Assembly (NCBI RefSeq): GCF_009914755.1
Contig: NC_060937.1
From: the human T2T-CHM13v2.0 reference genome, Homo sapiens
DNA length: 64,000 nucleotides
Reading direction: 5' to 3' (one strand)
In this document: one piece after another, positions 1-16,388 of the stretch
Numbering within the stretch: position 1 is the first letter of the stretch
Layout of the letters: the number at the start of each line of letters is the position of its first letter
Made by a program: the position numbers and the translations under genes
Notes under the pieces: generated by a model
What the model was told of the DNA's origin: nothing
Databases searched by the model: none
The model's input: the letters and a program-made list of their open reading frames with translations, nothing else

Positions 1-318
<318 letters not shown>

Positions 319-472
319 TTACAATTAAGAAATGCAACAAAGCTGATGACTTCCTTCAACATTTTCTCTTTTATCCCCAGTAGTGACCCCCACCCCACAA
401 AGACTTCTCCACAGTGACAACAGTATTTTTTCCCTTTATTAGGAAATGGTGTTTAACAAAACCATTGATTGT

Positions 473-755
<283 letters not shown>

Positions 756-1774
756 TGTTTAAATTTCTAATGCAGTAAGTTATTGGTAAATACAGCCCAT
801 ATAACAAAAGTTCTTTGGGGCTCTCAAATATTTAAGAATCCTAAGGGATCCTGAGACCAAAATATTTGAAAACTACTGCTCCAAAGCAAACTGCTCCATG
901 ACTGCATGAGGCTAGTTCTTATGTAAATAACTTTGAAATCAGCTTCCCTGTCATTCTGTCATAGTGCGGTTCTACCTTTAAAAGTATCACAGCTGTTATT
1001 TAAGTGATCTTGATTATTCTTTGTATGTATTCCATAAAGAAACCCTAAGCCATTCAACTATTTTAAGGCACACAAATGTTTTCTATATTCTCTAAGATAA
1101 ACATCCAAATTCCCTAAACCATTGTTTATGTGCTACAATTTCTCATGACCACACCCCACCTGACCCCTGCACCCAGCCTCACTCACTTGCCAAGTCTTTT
1201 TTTCCTTGTATTCTCAATGCCCAGCATAATCTCTGAGCAGAACAGGTGCTTTCCTGGGTCAGTAAAGTATATTTCTTAAAAGAAGCAAACACATGGCTCC
1301 AACCTCAGTTTTTTTCAAACTATGGGACACAATCTATAATAATTTTATTATCGGATGTAGCATTTTTTAAAATGATATAGAACTAGAATAAACAAGACAG
1401 AAAATGTCCTCACTACATGCCAGGAACACCAATAAGGACTGATGACATGAAATTGCTTTGTCATTATGAGTCACGATTTTAAACATTTTTACTACTACAG
1501 AGTGTGGTCAAGAAACTTTCAAACCACTGCTCCAGGTCACATTTCCAGTTTTCTTTCCTGATTGGCACGTGACGCTTTCCGTTAACTGATGGGTCACACA
1601 ACAGAATACTGTCATCTCCTACCACAGAAAATATCTTTGGTATGGTTCTTCAGCTGAACAGAGTGGCTCCTACATGTATTTACCTTCATGACACCCAACA
1701 GTTTTCATTCATCAGGCAGGGGTTGGATACCAGCAGCAGCTCTAGGCCAAATCTGACTTTTCTTCTATTGGACC

Positions 1775-1950
1775 TTTTTTGGGGGGACAGGGTCTCACTC
1801 TGTTGCCCGGCTGGAATGCAGTGGTGCCATTATAGCTCACTGCTGCAGCCTCAAATTCCTGGGCTCAAGCAATCCTCCCACCTCAGTCTCCAGAGTAGCT
1901 AGGACTGCAGGCATGGACCACCACACCCAGCTCATTTTTTTTTTTTTTTT
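1775..1950 (-). mobile_element. AluJ right-arm fragment
   Basis: gacagggtctcactctgttgccc...gtagctaggactgcagg. Confidence 0.8.
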
Positions 1951-2176
1951 AATGAATAAACATCAATGCCTTAAAGCAGGGCATGCGCACACCAGAATGC
2001 GGCAGCTCCTTCTTGTTCCAGTTGTATTACAACTCTACCATTTCACATTTATCGGGCTAGCCTTTAAAGAAACTGGAGTTCACAACACATGATACAGGAA
2101 CGATAGAAATAACGTGTCAAACAACTACAGGTAAGAAATGTGCATTATACTGAGGCCCTGTGTAGGCAAAGCATAC

Positions 2177-2300
2177 CTGGAAGTGTGCACTGCCCAGACA
2201 CCATGGTGAGCAGCTTCTCTTGTTCTTCCATGAGTCTCTGTAGTTGCTCCAACTGTTGCCTCTTCAATTGTTCCTGCTTCTTCTGTTGTACTTCTTTCAG
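2177..2300 (-). CDS. CENPJ: CENPJ/CPAP exon 3 (124 nt)
   Basis: AAG acceptor at 2301-2303 and GTATG donor at 2176. Translates [41 protein letters not shown](G), in frame with exon 2. Confidence 0.95.
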
Positions 2301-2806
2301 CTTTTTAAATACAAAATTAACTTTATTAAATCAACTTTACAATTCTTCATGGACACCTCGTTCCCTTAATTCCTCCCATCTCCCTCCTCCTATCTTTCCT
2401 GGTAAGAAGTTTTAGACAGGGACCCCTAGGTAACTAAATCAGCCACCGAAAATCTAAAACTCATATCCTTACGAAGGAAATCTTATCAACTATCTCAACT
2501 AAGAAACCGAAACAGTCATATAAATCCTTTGATTGTTAAAATAGGATGGGCATCAGTACATCATCCAATTTTTTCCCCTAATACTTGATCAACCATTTCT
2601 TACTTTTTGCCAAATGAGGTAACAACTTAAAGTTATTTTAAGTGCTAATTAAACACACTTAAATGTTTCACATTAGACAAAGGGCAAAATCTGGTATTCT
2701 GAGGATTTCAGAGTGAAGGGGAAAAAACAAGAAGACCTAGAACAAATGACTTTATTACATAAACAGAAACCTGCAATGACATAAATTCACAGTAGGCCAA
2801 ATCCTA

Positions 2807-3322
<516 letters not shown>

Positions 3323-4896
3323 CTGTAGACAAAAATAGCCAACAAAATGTATTAGGTAAAGCCATTAGATGTCCTACCAAAAATGAGCCCAAACCTCAAC
3401 CCAGCATAAAAATGTCCTCAATATTTCATATACAAAAGACCTTAACTAGCAAAGCAATTGGGCATTGAGCTACATTTTTCTAAGTCTTAAAAATAACCAA
3501 ATTGAGTAGATCAAAAACGTAAGATCCTTCTTGACTTAACCATTCAATTACTAATGATTTTATACAAGTGCTAGATTAGCTGAACTAAACAATGGAAGAT
3601 AAAATACCTTTTAAGTTATTCACTTAAAAAAAAAAAGCCACTATCAGATATTACCCACACTAAGCACTTTCTTGCTTCTGGCCCTAGTTTAACATTGCTT
3701 CTTTGCCCAGTTGGTGAACCTGTTTTCTCCCTAGTTCTAGCACAAAAGTCAACACCAGCACTCCTGGCTTTACCTGGCAGTTTCACCTGTCCCTTCCTCT
3801 CTCGTCTCCCTACTAACACCTCACCCACCAGATAGCCCCTCATCTGTATTCCTAGAGGTAAAATAGTGACATCACTCTTCTAGCACTCATCTCATTATTA
3901 GTGGCATTTTGCTTTCATGTTCATTACTAATCCGTGAAGTTCCTTGAAGATATCTATATATTCACTACTGCCAAGCACCATGTCTGGCAGGTAGGAGAAA
4001 TGTAATTCTTATGGCATAAGCCAATGAAAATTACATTGGCTCATGCCATAACTCTGTATGAATTATCAGACTTTAAAATTAACCAAATTCCTACTGTAAC
4101 TTTGCACTGTGTGATAGATATACTTAAACAGGACATAACAGAGAAGATAAGCCTTGCCTCTGTCTGTGTCTGATTTTACTCAACTAACATTTATTGGGTT
4201 CTTACTCTGTGCCAGATATTGTTTTTGCCCCTGGGTACATAGCAGTTCATAAATCACAGTCTAGTGGGGAAGACACACACACACACGCACACACACATTA
4301 TACAGTATGTTAAATAGCAATAAGTGCAAAGGGGAAAAATAAAAGCCACGTGGGAAAAGGAGGTTGTAACTTTAGACAAGGTGGACAGCATCCTCATTTA
4401 GAAGGTAAAATTAAGGACCAAGGGATGGAGAAGGTACAAGTTGTGCAGCTATCAGGGGCAGGGTAAGTAAAGACCCAGCCACCCAGCCTTCCTAACCTTC
4501 ATCTGCAAGACACTCCCACTGACATCCCATTCCTCCAGAAACCCCCAGTTCTCAAACCCCATCACCATTACCTACCTATTTAAACCTATTATATCACTCA
4601 CCACAGGAAGCCCTGAGATCCAGAGCCAGGCTTCACTTCTTACACAGTAATCCCTACACCTTATTCTGTTCCATCTCCCAAACATCCGAGCCCCAAAACA
4701 CTAACAGTCCATCATCAGCAAAATCCCCATTATCCTCAACCTCTTCTCTGAGGACTCCCTCACCTTCCTGAGAACATCTGTTTGTATGGAGCCCATACTC
4801 CAGTATCACTGAGCCTGGAGACAAAACATATATTCTTATTCTTTTGCTCCTTCCAGACTACACACTCCTTTTCTAGACCATAAAAAGCAATTTTAC

Positions 4897-5345
<449 letters not shown>

Positions 5346-5604
5346 AAGCAATTCTGACTCTCATATGACCAAACTATACAATCTACTGCCCCTCCTTTAT
5401 TGTCTACCAACCTCCAGAGATCAATAGGATCTTCTCCCTCATTTCTTAAAATTTCCTGGCTGAGCACCTGGAAGAACAGATTTGCCATTCACTGAAATGC
5501 GGAAGATGGAGGATTGAAACAGGTTTTGGGGAATCAGAGACCAAGAGTTGAATTCAGGACATTTTAAGATGCCTATGAAATATGCACATAGAGACACTGG
5601 GTCA

Positions 5605-6060
<456 letters not shown>

Positions 6061-7198
6061 AGATAAGAGGCAAAAAGTGTAGCGTCCTTGAGGCTAAGTG
6101 ATGAAAGTGTTTCGAGGAGGAAAGAGCTATGTTAAATGCTGTGAAACAGATGAAGGGTAAGGAGAACTGAGAACTGACCTCTGAATTTGGCAAAGCAAAG
6201 GTCATGAGAACTTCAATGAGAGTAGCTGAGGGCAGGGACAGCAAAACCTTGAGTGGAGAGGATGCATGACAGAATAAGAAATTGAAGGCAGTAGGCACAG
6301 CTAACACCAGGAGTTCTGTTATAAAGGGAAGGAATTACATAGAAAAGCAAGGTGAAGAGGAGTATTTTTTACAATAGGAGAAATAAAAGCATGTTTGTGC
6401 AGGCTGATGAGGATGGAGAAAGGGGAGAATTGCTACAGTCATGTTCTTGAGGAGATGGGAAGAGTCTAGTACTGAAGTGGAATAACATCTCACACTACTT
6501 TCCAGACACAATTCTAGACTTTATCAATATAATACAGCAAAATATATATATAATCAAAGGAAAATGAAAAAGGGCAATGTGGAGGCAAACACGTATGTCA
6601 TTTCATACTCGGTGTCTAAAAAACATAAACATATAAAAAATATAAACAGAAAAAGAAATACAGATGCCAAAACATTAAAACATGCGCATTCTCACTCCAC
6701 TGAAGAGATGGAAATGAAAACAGTAACATTACCATTTTTTTCCCACCCTGGGTTGGCAAAAACTAAAAACTAGTAATACCCAGTAGGAAAAACAGAAACT
6801 CTTTTTTGCTTTTGTTTGTTTTTCACCATTCAACTTGAAGAAACTCTTTTGTGAAGTACTTACTGAGCAAATAAACTGGTACAACATTTTGAAGGACAAT
6901 ATGACAACATTCAGCCAACTGTAAATGCAGAGGAACTTTGACTCAACAATTTCACATCTAGGCATTTTGTCCCACAGTTATACTGGCATAAACTCACATT
7001 TGCAATAAACTGAAAGTAAATGTCCATTAACAGGAGATCAGCTAATCATGGTAATCATATTATGCAACTGTTAAAAAGAACAAGTAAGCTCTTTACTGAT
7101 ATGGAAGTAGTGAATATATCCAAGATATGTTGCTAGTTACAAAGACCAAGTGCACAGTAGTGTGTATTATCAGAAATAAAGACAAAAAAATACATTTA

Positions 7199-7500
7199 CG
7201 GCCCGGTGCGGTAGCTCACGCCTATAATCCCAGCACTTTGGGAGACCAAGACGGGAGGATCACGAGGTCAGGAGATCGAGACCACCCTGGCTAACACAGT
7301 GAAACCCCGTCTCTACTAAAAATACAAAAAATTAGCCGGGCGTGGTGGCGGGCGCCTGTAGTCCCAGCTACTCGGGGAGGCTGAGGCAGAAGGATGGCGT
7401 GAACCTGGGAGGCAGCAGATCTTGCAGTGAGCCGAGATCGCGCCACTGCACTCCTGCCTGGGGGACAGAGCCACTCTGTCTCAAAAATAAATAAATAAAT
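7199..7500 (+). mobile_element. AluY
   Basis: Diagnostic gagatcgagacca..cctggctaaca and atggcgtgaacc, CpG-rich. Confidence 0.88.
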
Positions 7501-7920
7501 TACAATTACATGGACCTATGCATTTAGTATGGCAACCATATAGTCACATGGCTACTGAGCACTTGAAATGTGGCTAATGTGACTGAAGAACTGAATTTTC
7601 CACTTTAATTAAAGTTAATTAAATTTAAAAAGTGAATAAGTACAAAATATTTTTCTCTTAAACACTTTTATTCTCTCGGTAGGACTGCATTTCACTTTAA
7701 CCACTGCATGGCATAAGATGCTGCTGTACTGAAGCCCATGTCAGTGTGCATCACCCCCCAGATTGCAAAGAAACATGTCTGCAATCTCATCAGTGTCAAT
7801 GGACTGATTCTGTTTGAATAATTTTTTTCAACACATGGATATAACACTGTTATGTGTCTATCTGAATAGTTTATGAAAACAGTACAAGTTACAGTGATCT
7901 ATTTAAATTGTAATTGGTAA

Positions 7921-8284
7921 TTATCTTGGTCCATTTTCTGCTGCTATAAAGAATACCAGAGAAGAGACTAGGTAATTTATAAAGAAATTTATTTCTCACA
8001 GTTCTGGAGCTGGGAAAAACAAGAGCATGGCATTGGCAACTGGCAAGTGTTGTCCCATGGGGGAAGAGTAGAAAGGCAAAACAGCCTGTGAGAGAGAGGC
8101 TCTCTTTTATAACAAAGCCACCCCTGAAATCAGTAACCCACTTCTGAGATAACAGCATTAATCCATTCATTAGGGTGGAGCCCTCATGACCTAATCACCT
8201 CTTAAATTTCTCACCGCTCAACACTGTTGCATTGGGAATTAAGTTTCCAACAGGAGTTTTGGAGCGGACATTCAAGCCATAGCA
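7921..8284 (-). mobile_element. MaLR LTR (MST/MLT1A-like)
   Basis: tcttggtccattt...ctgctataaagaatacc...ccctcatgacctaatcacctc...ccatagca. Confidence 0.8.
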
Positions 8285-8621
8285 GGAATTAAGTTGAAAT
8301 GTTTAGTATTTTAATTATGGCATATTTTTCTAGTTTGAAAAAGATGTATGAACAATTTTTAAAATTTAAAACAAAGCTACACTATGGAAGACTCAAGTGG
8401 AGATGCAGAAGCTAGTACTATGACCAGAACAGTGAAGGAAAAAAGACTGGAAGGAGGCACCTCACAAGTTTCACATCAAATGGCAACCACAATTTGCTGT
8501 GGCAAAGCGAACAGAAAAAGTTTTAAAAAATTTTAAGATAACTAATATTGAGACATTTTCAGCAAAAACACAGCAATTTTTTATAAGTTTATTCTCAATA
8601 ATAAAAAAACAAATTGATATG

Positions 8622-9144
8622 CAGTTGACCCTTGAACAACACAGTAAGGGTTAGGGGGACCAACTCCCCATGCAACCGAAAATCTAAGTGTAACTTTGAC
8701 TTCTCCAAAACTTAACTGCTAATAGCCTACTGTTGACTGGAGGCCTTATCAATAACAGTTAACACATATTTTGTATGTTATGTGTATTATATATGGTATT
8801 TTTACAATAGTGTAAGCTAGAGAAGAAAAGTTAAGAAAATAATAAAAAATATACATATTTACTATTGGTTAAGTGGAAATGAATCATCATAAAGGTATTC
8901 AGACTTCATTTATGTTTTGTGTCTAAAAAACATAAACATATGAAAGATATGCAGGGAGACCTTTATGATGATCCACTTCCACTTAATGGATAGTAAAGGT
9001 CTTTGTGTCACTAGTCCTCACATTGGACTAGGCTTAGGAAGAGAAAGGGTTGGTTTTGCTGTCTCGAGGGTGACAGAAGTGGAAGAAAATCCAAGCATAA
9101 GCGAACCCACAAAGTTGAAACTCATGTTGTTCGAGAGTCAACTG
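8622..9144 (+). mobile_element. Tigger2a (MER28)
   Basis: TIRs cagttgacccttgaacaac / gttgttcgagagtcaactg followed by TA. Confidence 0.85.
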
Positions 9145-9654
9145 TAATTAGTCACCTGTGTCAGAACTAAATAGCCAACAAAAAAAAAGTTTTATGATTT
9201 TGAACAGAATCTGACCTTTTAACTTTGGCCAGTTATAAAAAAGCCTGGAAAGAAGGAGGGTGAGGGGAGAGAAAGAGATAGAAATGAAAAGAAAAAAGAA
9301 AATTATTTTCAGATGAAGAGGAGGTAAATAGGTTATCTGAGTTGAGGAAATTTTGTTAGAACACTGTGAGATTTAAAAAGATATTTTAATTAAAAGGTTA
9401 AAGATATTTTCTAAAAAGTGAAAAATTTTCAACGAAGTGACCAAACAATTGTCCATAGACCCTTCTATTACCATCCAGGTTCAAAGCCATAAAAAATTAC
9501 AAGCACTTGTCTTTAGCTTTATCTGAGTAATGCAATGAGAGACTGACCAATCACCAATTTAGGTGTGTTTTATCTCACAGATTATCTAAATTTACAAAGA
9601 GATGATATCAATTCAAAGCCTGATACTGAACCTGTGACATGGATATTTTTTAAT

Positions 9655-10302
9655 CTTTTTTTTTTTCCTTGAGACAGGGTCTCACTGTCACCCAGGCTGG
9701 AGTGCAGTGGCATGATCACGGCTCAGTGGAGCCTCTACCACCCAGGCCCCAGTGATCCTCCCACCTCAAGCCTCCGGAGTAGCCAGGACCATAGGCATAT
9801 ACCACAACACCCAGCTCATCTTTTAATTTTTTGTAAAGAGTGGTCCCCCTGTGTTGCCCATGCTGGTCTCAAACTCCTGGGCTCAAGCCATTCTCCCACC
9901 TTGGCTTCCCAAAGTGCTGGGATTACAGGCGTGAGCCCCTGCGCCCAGTATTTTATGTCTGACAGAAGAATTTTAGCTAGATATGAAAACATTACTTTTT
10001 TTCTTTTTTTCTGAGACAGGGTCTCACAATGTCACCCAGGCTGAAGTGCATTGGCACAATCACGGCTCACGGCAGCTTCAACCTCCAGTGCTTAGGTGAT
10101 CCTCCCATCTCAGCCTCCAGAGTAGCTGGGCCTACAGGTATGTGTCACCATGCCCAGCTTATTTTTTATTTTTTAATTTTTTTGTAGAAACAGGGTGTCC
10201 CTATGTTGCCCAGGCTGATCTTGAACTCCTAGGCTCAAGCCATCCTCCTGCTTCGGCCTCCCAAAGTGCTGGTATTACAGGTGTGAGTCACTGCGCCCAG
10301 CC
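9655..10302 (-). mobile_element. Two tandem AluJ elements (9655-9947, 9995-10302)
   Basis: J-type ctcctgggctcaagc, poly-T heads. Confidence 0.85.
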
Positions 10303-10815
10303 TAAAAATCAGTTTCTATCATGACAGATGGTGTCATTCTATAAGGCAAAAAATCTGAATTTAATGGGATTTTACAACAAGAGACTGCTGTTTCCCTCGC
10401 TGATTCATTCCCCTGTATAATACACATTGAAAATTCTTGTGTTTGGTTTTCTGAAGCATAATCCACGAATAGTATCATGAATATAGTTGTTACAATTGTT
10501 CAGTATGTACAAATGCTATCAACTGCCAGTTTATAGAACTGTTAAAAGACATAGAAGACAGTGAACATAATGATACTGTGTTTTTGCCATCGCTCCCTGG
10601 TTGAGTTGTAGAAGAGTTGTATAAAGGCTTACTGTACCATTAATTGCAACTGAAGATTTTCTTGGAACAAGATGATTGCCTGCCAACCATTTAATAACCA
10701 AAAACAAAAATGCCAGTGTGATGTACATTTTCTCACTGTATCACACTTTGAGAACCACAGCTATTCAGGCATTTAAAAAAACAAAAATTGCTGCCACAGG
10801 CAGTAACAAAAATAA

Positions 10816-11172
<357 letters not shown>

Positions 11173-11264
11173 TGAAGCTGAAGAACAGGCAAAATAAACC
11201 CATAGTTATAAATGGCATATTGGTCGTTATCCAGGAAAATGGGAGTTGTCCTGTCTGTGTGAAA

Positions 11265-11703
11265 GTTGATCATACAAATTGAGTCATTCTTATAGCCAAC
11301 TAAACAATCAAGAAGTCAAGAGGGAAAGGCACTCAGGACACACAACTTTGCTCCAAGAATGGAATTCTCTATAAGTCAGTATGCTGAAACTGCCGGTTGC
11401 AACCCGAGACCAGTTTGATCTATAGATGCTGAGGTAACTTGCTGCAATTGTAGGACTAATTTTGCCCTCCACCATGGCCCACTCGGTAGGACCTGCTGCC
11501 TCCCCAGAACCTTAGGAGAACCAATGAACTTTCTCGAAGAGCGACAGATATAACAATTCTCTTTTTTATAAAACCTCCAGCTTTCTCTTTGTTCTTTGGA
11601 CATACTGAACACCACCTGGTCTGTACGCCTGGAACCGCCATTCTTTCTTCCCAAATAAAACGTTAAACTTAAGAGATTCATCTCCAAATTTTTGACTTCA
11701 ACA
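11265..11703 (+). mobile_element. ERV1-class solo LTR (MER67-like; subfamily uncertain)
   Basis: TATAAAA near 11567, AATAAA near 11655, ends ttcaaca. Lies 1.3 kb inside CENPJ intron 1. Confidence 0.55.
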
Positions 11704-12990
11704 ACTGGGAAGGTTAATACACTTAGTGGATACACTTAGGCTGTACACTTAAGATTAGCGCACTTTACTGGATATCTGTTATTCCTGAATAATTTGTAAA
11801 AACTTTTTCTAAGCAAATTGTTTTTCAGTAGGAAACCAATCTAAAAAAGTAATGACTTTTTTTTTTTCAAAATCAACCACGTAACTTTGCTTAATTTCAA
11901 TGACCTTAGCAGAAAATCTTTCGAAATCCAAATTCAGAAGGGAGACAAACTACAAGGTCATTTCATAATATGGAAAACTAGAAAAATTCCCTACTAGACT
12001 GACAAGTGCAAGCAGTCTTGGGATGCAGCAGCCAGACTTTTGCATCTCCTCCTCCAACTCCCCACCAAACACACCTTCTATACCTTCAATTTCATGACCG
12101 CGATTCTAAAAATATATTTAATGTCAGCATGAAGTATAAAAAAAGCGTCACCAGAACCTGCTACTTATTATTGATACTGAGGTCTTGGTAAAGGGAGCAT
12201 TGATAATATATATGCCGAGATAGGATTAGTATGTGGACTCAGACTTTACAGATATCAAAATCTGAAGGACACGGGTGCACGTGTATGTCAAACTCATCAA
12301 ATGGAATGCATTTAAACATGTGCCATTTTTATTGTATAGCAATTATACCTCAATAAAACTTTTAAAAAATGTAACAAACTGACAGCCTTGAAATCTCCAG
12401 AAAGTGCTATGTAAACATTCTTTAAAGCAGTATTGAAAAAAAGATAAATTCTCTGCACGGTGAGGGAGGAGAGTGGATACAAACAGCAAATTCAAAGCCA
12501 CTCTTAGACCGTGAGAAGTAACTAGTTGGTCTGGGAAGTGATTTAGCAGTCCCCTAAAATACAACACGTTCTTGAAAGCCATGAATCCACACGAAGCTTC
12601 AAGAGAGAAGCCCTTGACAAAGCTGGGGCAAGACCGGCCCTTAGGACAGCCAGCAACGCTACTTCACCACCCTGCTCCAGCGGACTGCGGCTGCCGCGCT
12701 GCCCACAGGAACTCAAGTTCCGCCACAGCCAGGTCAGAGAGACAGACACCCCAGAGAGGCCGGCTTCCCCAGCTCTGCGAAGAACAAAGCAGCGCGAATG
12801 AACGAAGCCACTGAACTGCCGTGGGCCTCAGCGCGCCCGTGGGCCTGAGCGCGCCCCGGCGCCCCGCTCCCTCCTCGCCCCGCCGAGCCAACCCCGAGGT
12901 CCGAGCAGAGTCCTGCCCGCCCACCGCCGTCCATCTCCGGCGCAGGGCGGCGGACAAAGAGCTCCTCCGCTCTTTTCGCCCACAAATTAC

Positions 12991-13120
12991 CGCTCCGTGA
13001 AGCCTGGGCAGCTCAGCAGCACGAACCGACACCTCAATCTCCGCAGCATTTACAAATGGGCCGCCACAATCGCCGCCTCTGTCGGAGCCCCGCCCCCGTC
13101 CCGAGGTCCTGTGGGAAGTG
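12991..13120 (-). other. CENPJ: CENPJ non-coding exon 1 (5' end approximate)
   Basis: Donor GCG|GTAATT at 12991/12990 inside the CpG island. The TSS is not directly visible. Confidence 0.65.
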
Positions 13121-13174
13121 AGGATCTCACCCGCGCGTCTGCGCTAAAGCGCAGGCACCGCTGAGCCCAGTGAA

Positions 13175-13188
13175 ACTACAACTCCCAG
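13175..13188 (+). promoter_or_regulatory. ZNF143/THAP11-type ACTACAnnTCCCAG motif
   Basis: ACTACAACTCCCAG matches the established motif, which is enriched at CpG-island and bidirectional promoters. Confidence 0.7.
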
Positions 13189-13914
13189 TGACGCCACAGC
13201 GACGGGCGTTGCCCGGCGGGGGATGGACTGCGCGCCGCCTTCCGACCAGCAGCGGGCCAGTGGTCGACGTAGGCGGGCGGCGTGGCGGGGCGGAAAACCG
13301 TTTCCGGGAGAGACCTTCCGTGGTGGACGTCGCCCCAGGCTCCCACACTTAGAAAACTAAAGGGAACGCCTAACGGAGCGATGGATCTCCGTGTTCCCAG
13401 CAAAGCAGGGAGCACGGAGAGTCAAAGCTAACATAGAGCCCAACCGACGCTTAAAGGAGGTGTTTTGGGTTTTGTTTTTTTTTTTCTATTTGCGTACGGT
13501 CTATTTTGTCGTTTTTTTGGTTTGGTTTGGTTTTTTTCTTTGTTTTCCGCTTTGGCTGAGGTGACTTAGTAAAGGAGAAAAAGGGCAGTCCGCTACACCA
13601 TTTCGTAAGACGAAAATAACCCTATGAGAATTCACTCCAAAAATAGGCATCTTTCATCTCTCCTCAAATGGCTAATCGGTGGTTTGGCAGAGTGTGTCCA
13701 TTAGATTCTGAAACTAGTTTGAATACTGACAGTGCAGAATTCAAGAAATTTTTTTGTTTTGTTTCGTTTTAACTGCCACGGCCCTTTAATCTAGGAAGTT
13801 ACAGCACCGTGAGTTACCACAGTACTACATACCTGGCTTCCATGTCTGATTAAACAGCAGGCCAAGTAAAATGTTTAAAGAAATCAAATGAAGTGCCATT
13901 TATAACCGTTATAA

Positions 13915-14361
<447 letters not shown>

Positions 14362-15394
14362 CAATTTTTCTTTTTAATTTTCACTGTGGATGAGGAAGCT
14401 AAAGCCCGAGACTTCCGAGATCACACAACTACTTAAGATGCCAGACAAGGACCCAAACAATCTTCCTTTTCATTTATGATAGCCCTTTGGCTTGAAAGCA
14501 TGCCCAAAAGTCTCATCATTCTTCCTAAAATGTGGGAAGAATTCCTAAAATGTGACTATCCTTTAAGGATAGTCACAATATCCTCTATTTTTGTGCCTAT
14601 ATTTTATTCGTATGTTTTTATTTTAATATAGTATGTAGTGCCACATTGTTTGTTGATTGAATAAATAAATGAATCTTTTACCACACTCAAGTCTTAACTG
14701 GCTGTTAAATTAAGGTTATAATGTGTAAGTTTTCACCTGTAGCCCATGTAATTCTCAAAACTGCCCACTAAGCTTCAAGGGTTCAAATCCATTACAAGGT
14801 GGAAAGGCTAGTGGGGAGGAACTTCCATCTTCTACTCTGCCAGACAATAAAATGTTCTACCTTATCAGTGGTTCCTATCCTTGTTGCATCTTCAGATGGT
14901 GCTGTAGAGAAAAATTAGACTAACGGTTGTGGCACAGGGGTTTTAATGCCAGATTACCCGTTCTGATACAATTCTTTATGCCATCATAGGAGTCAAGAGG
15001 GCACTCCTATGTCATGGTTAAGAGTCCAGGATTTATCAGGCAGACCTGGGATCAAATCCTAGCTTGATAACTTACAAACAGCTTTGTAGTCTTCAGCACT
15101 CAACTTTTCTGAAACCAGTCTTCTCATCTGCAAAACAGGGGTGGATAATAATGAGACCTTCATAGGACTGTCAAGAAGATTACATTAAAAGAAAGACTAT
15201 GTATGAAAAAGTAGCAAAAAACCTCCACATAGTAAAAAGTCAATGAACAGGAGGTGTTTTCATCTTTATAAAGAATTTAACTGTTGGTGAACTCTTGTCT
15301 ACCAAAGCCTAGCTCTGTGGGTCTTGTCAAATGCTGTGCCAGACACAGAATAATACTTATTGTATTCCCAAATTATTTGGAAATAATTCTTTTT

Positions 15395-15867
15395 CATTAT
15401 TTATTTTTTTGGAGACAGGGGTCTCACTGTGTTGCCCAGGCTGGTCTCTAACTCGTAGGCTCAAGCAGTCCTCTCACCTTGGCCTCTGAAAGTGCTGGAA
15501 TTACAGGCATGAGCCACTGTGCTTGGCTGGTAATAATTCTTTTAATCAAAGTTGATCTGAGTGACAAAGAGTTGACAGCTTTTCATTGCTGGTCTGATGG
15601 TAGCAAGTGTCCACTCTATCCAGAGAGGACATGTCAGGTGCAGTGGCTCACACCTGTAATCCCAGCACTTTGGGAGACTGAAGCGGATAATTTGAGCCTA
15701 GACGTTTGAACGTTAGCCAGGTATGATGGTGTGCACCTGTAGCCCTACATACTTGGGAGGCTGAGGCAGGAGGATCACTTCAGCCCAGGAGTTGAAGGTT
15801 ATGATCACACCACGAGACTACAGCCAGGGCAACAGAGTGAAACCGCCAACTCTTAAAAAGAAAAAAA
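15395..15867. mobile_element. FLAM (-, 15395-15527) and truncated AluJ (+, 15632-15867)
   Basis: Alu monomer signatures in opposite orientations. Confidence 0.75.
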
Positions 15868-16370
15868 GTGGGGGAGGACATCAGGGCTAGCCTGGCCAAG
15901 GAATGATTCCTATAGATCAGTCAGAGTGGTGGGAGAAACTATAGGGAAAGGAGCAGGCCTTCTGAAAAGTCGGAAGCCTCTGCATAGCCTCCAGGGAGAA
16001 TAAGCTGAAGGCAGCTGTTTTCTGACCCTGAGGCAGAGGGCAAGGAGTAGGTACCAGGAAGCATAGGGGAATTTATCGTAAATAGGCTTGTTTACTTACA
16101 TTGACCAGGAGCTGACCTTTGATCATCCACATGCGTGACCCGTTCCCTGAAAGGGGAACAATAATGTTAATTACCCACAGATTGTTTTTGCTCCAGGCTT
16201 TCAGCATTATGTCTATACTGAATAAAAGCAAGCAGCTCCAGCTGTTTGCCTGCTCACTCTTTGGCCGCTAGTGCCAAGCAGTCCCCTAGCTGCTCTTACA
16301 CTGCATATCTGCGTCTGAGTACTCGTTTCATCCATCGTCCAGCCAGGGTCTGTGGGACAGACCCAGCAAC

Positions 16371-16388
16371 TGGTGCCCTGTGTGAGGA
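16371..16388 (+). other. Primer-binding site complementary to tRNA-Met
   Basis: TGGTGCCCTGTGTGAGGA versus TGGTGCCCCGTGTGAGGA (one CpG-type change). A Met PBS is characteristic of HML-5. Confidence 0.8.

Larger units (their letters stand above)
12640..13450. promoter_or_regulatory. CpG island / CENPJ promoter
   Basis: GC- and CpG-dense block with GC boxes (ccccgcccc, ggcggggcgg) and E2F-like sites (TTTTCGCCC near 12973, GGCGGAAAA near 13289). Confidence 0.9.

Noticed and set aside
12660-12680. Alternative CENPJ exon-1 donor (GGGTG|GTGAAG)
   Set aside because: Weaker than the 12991 donor and would give an unusually long leader; it cannot be excluded without RNA data.
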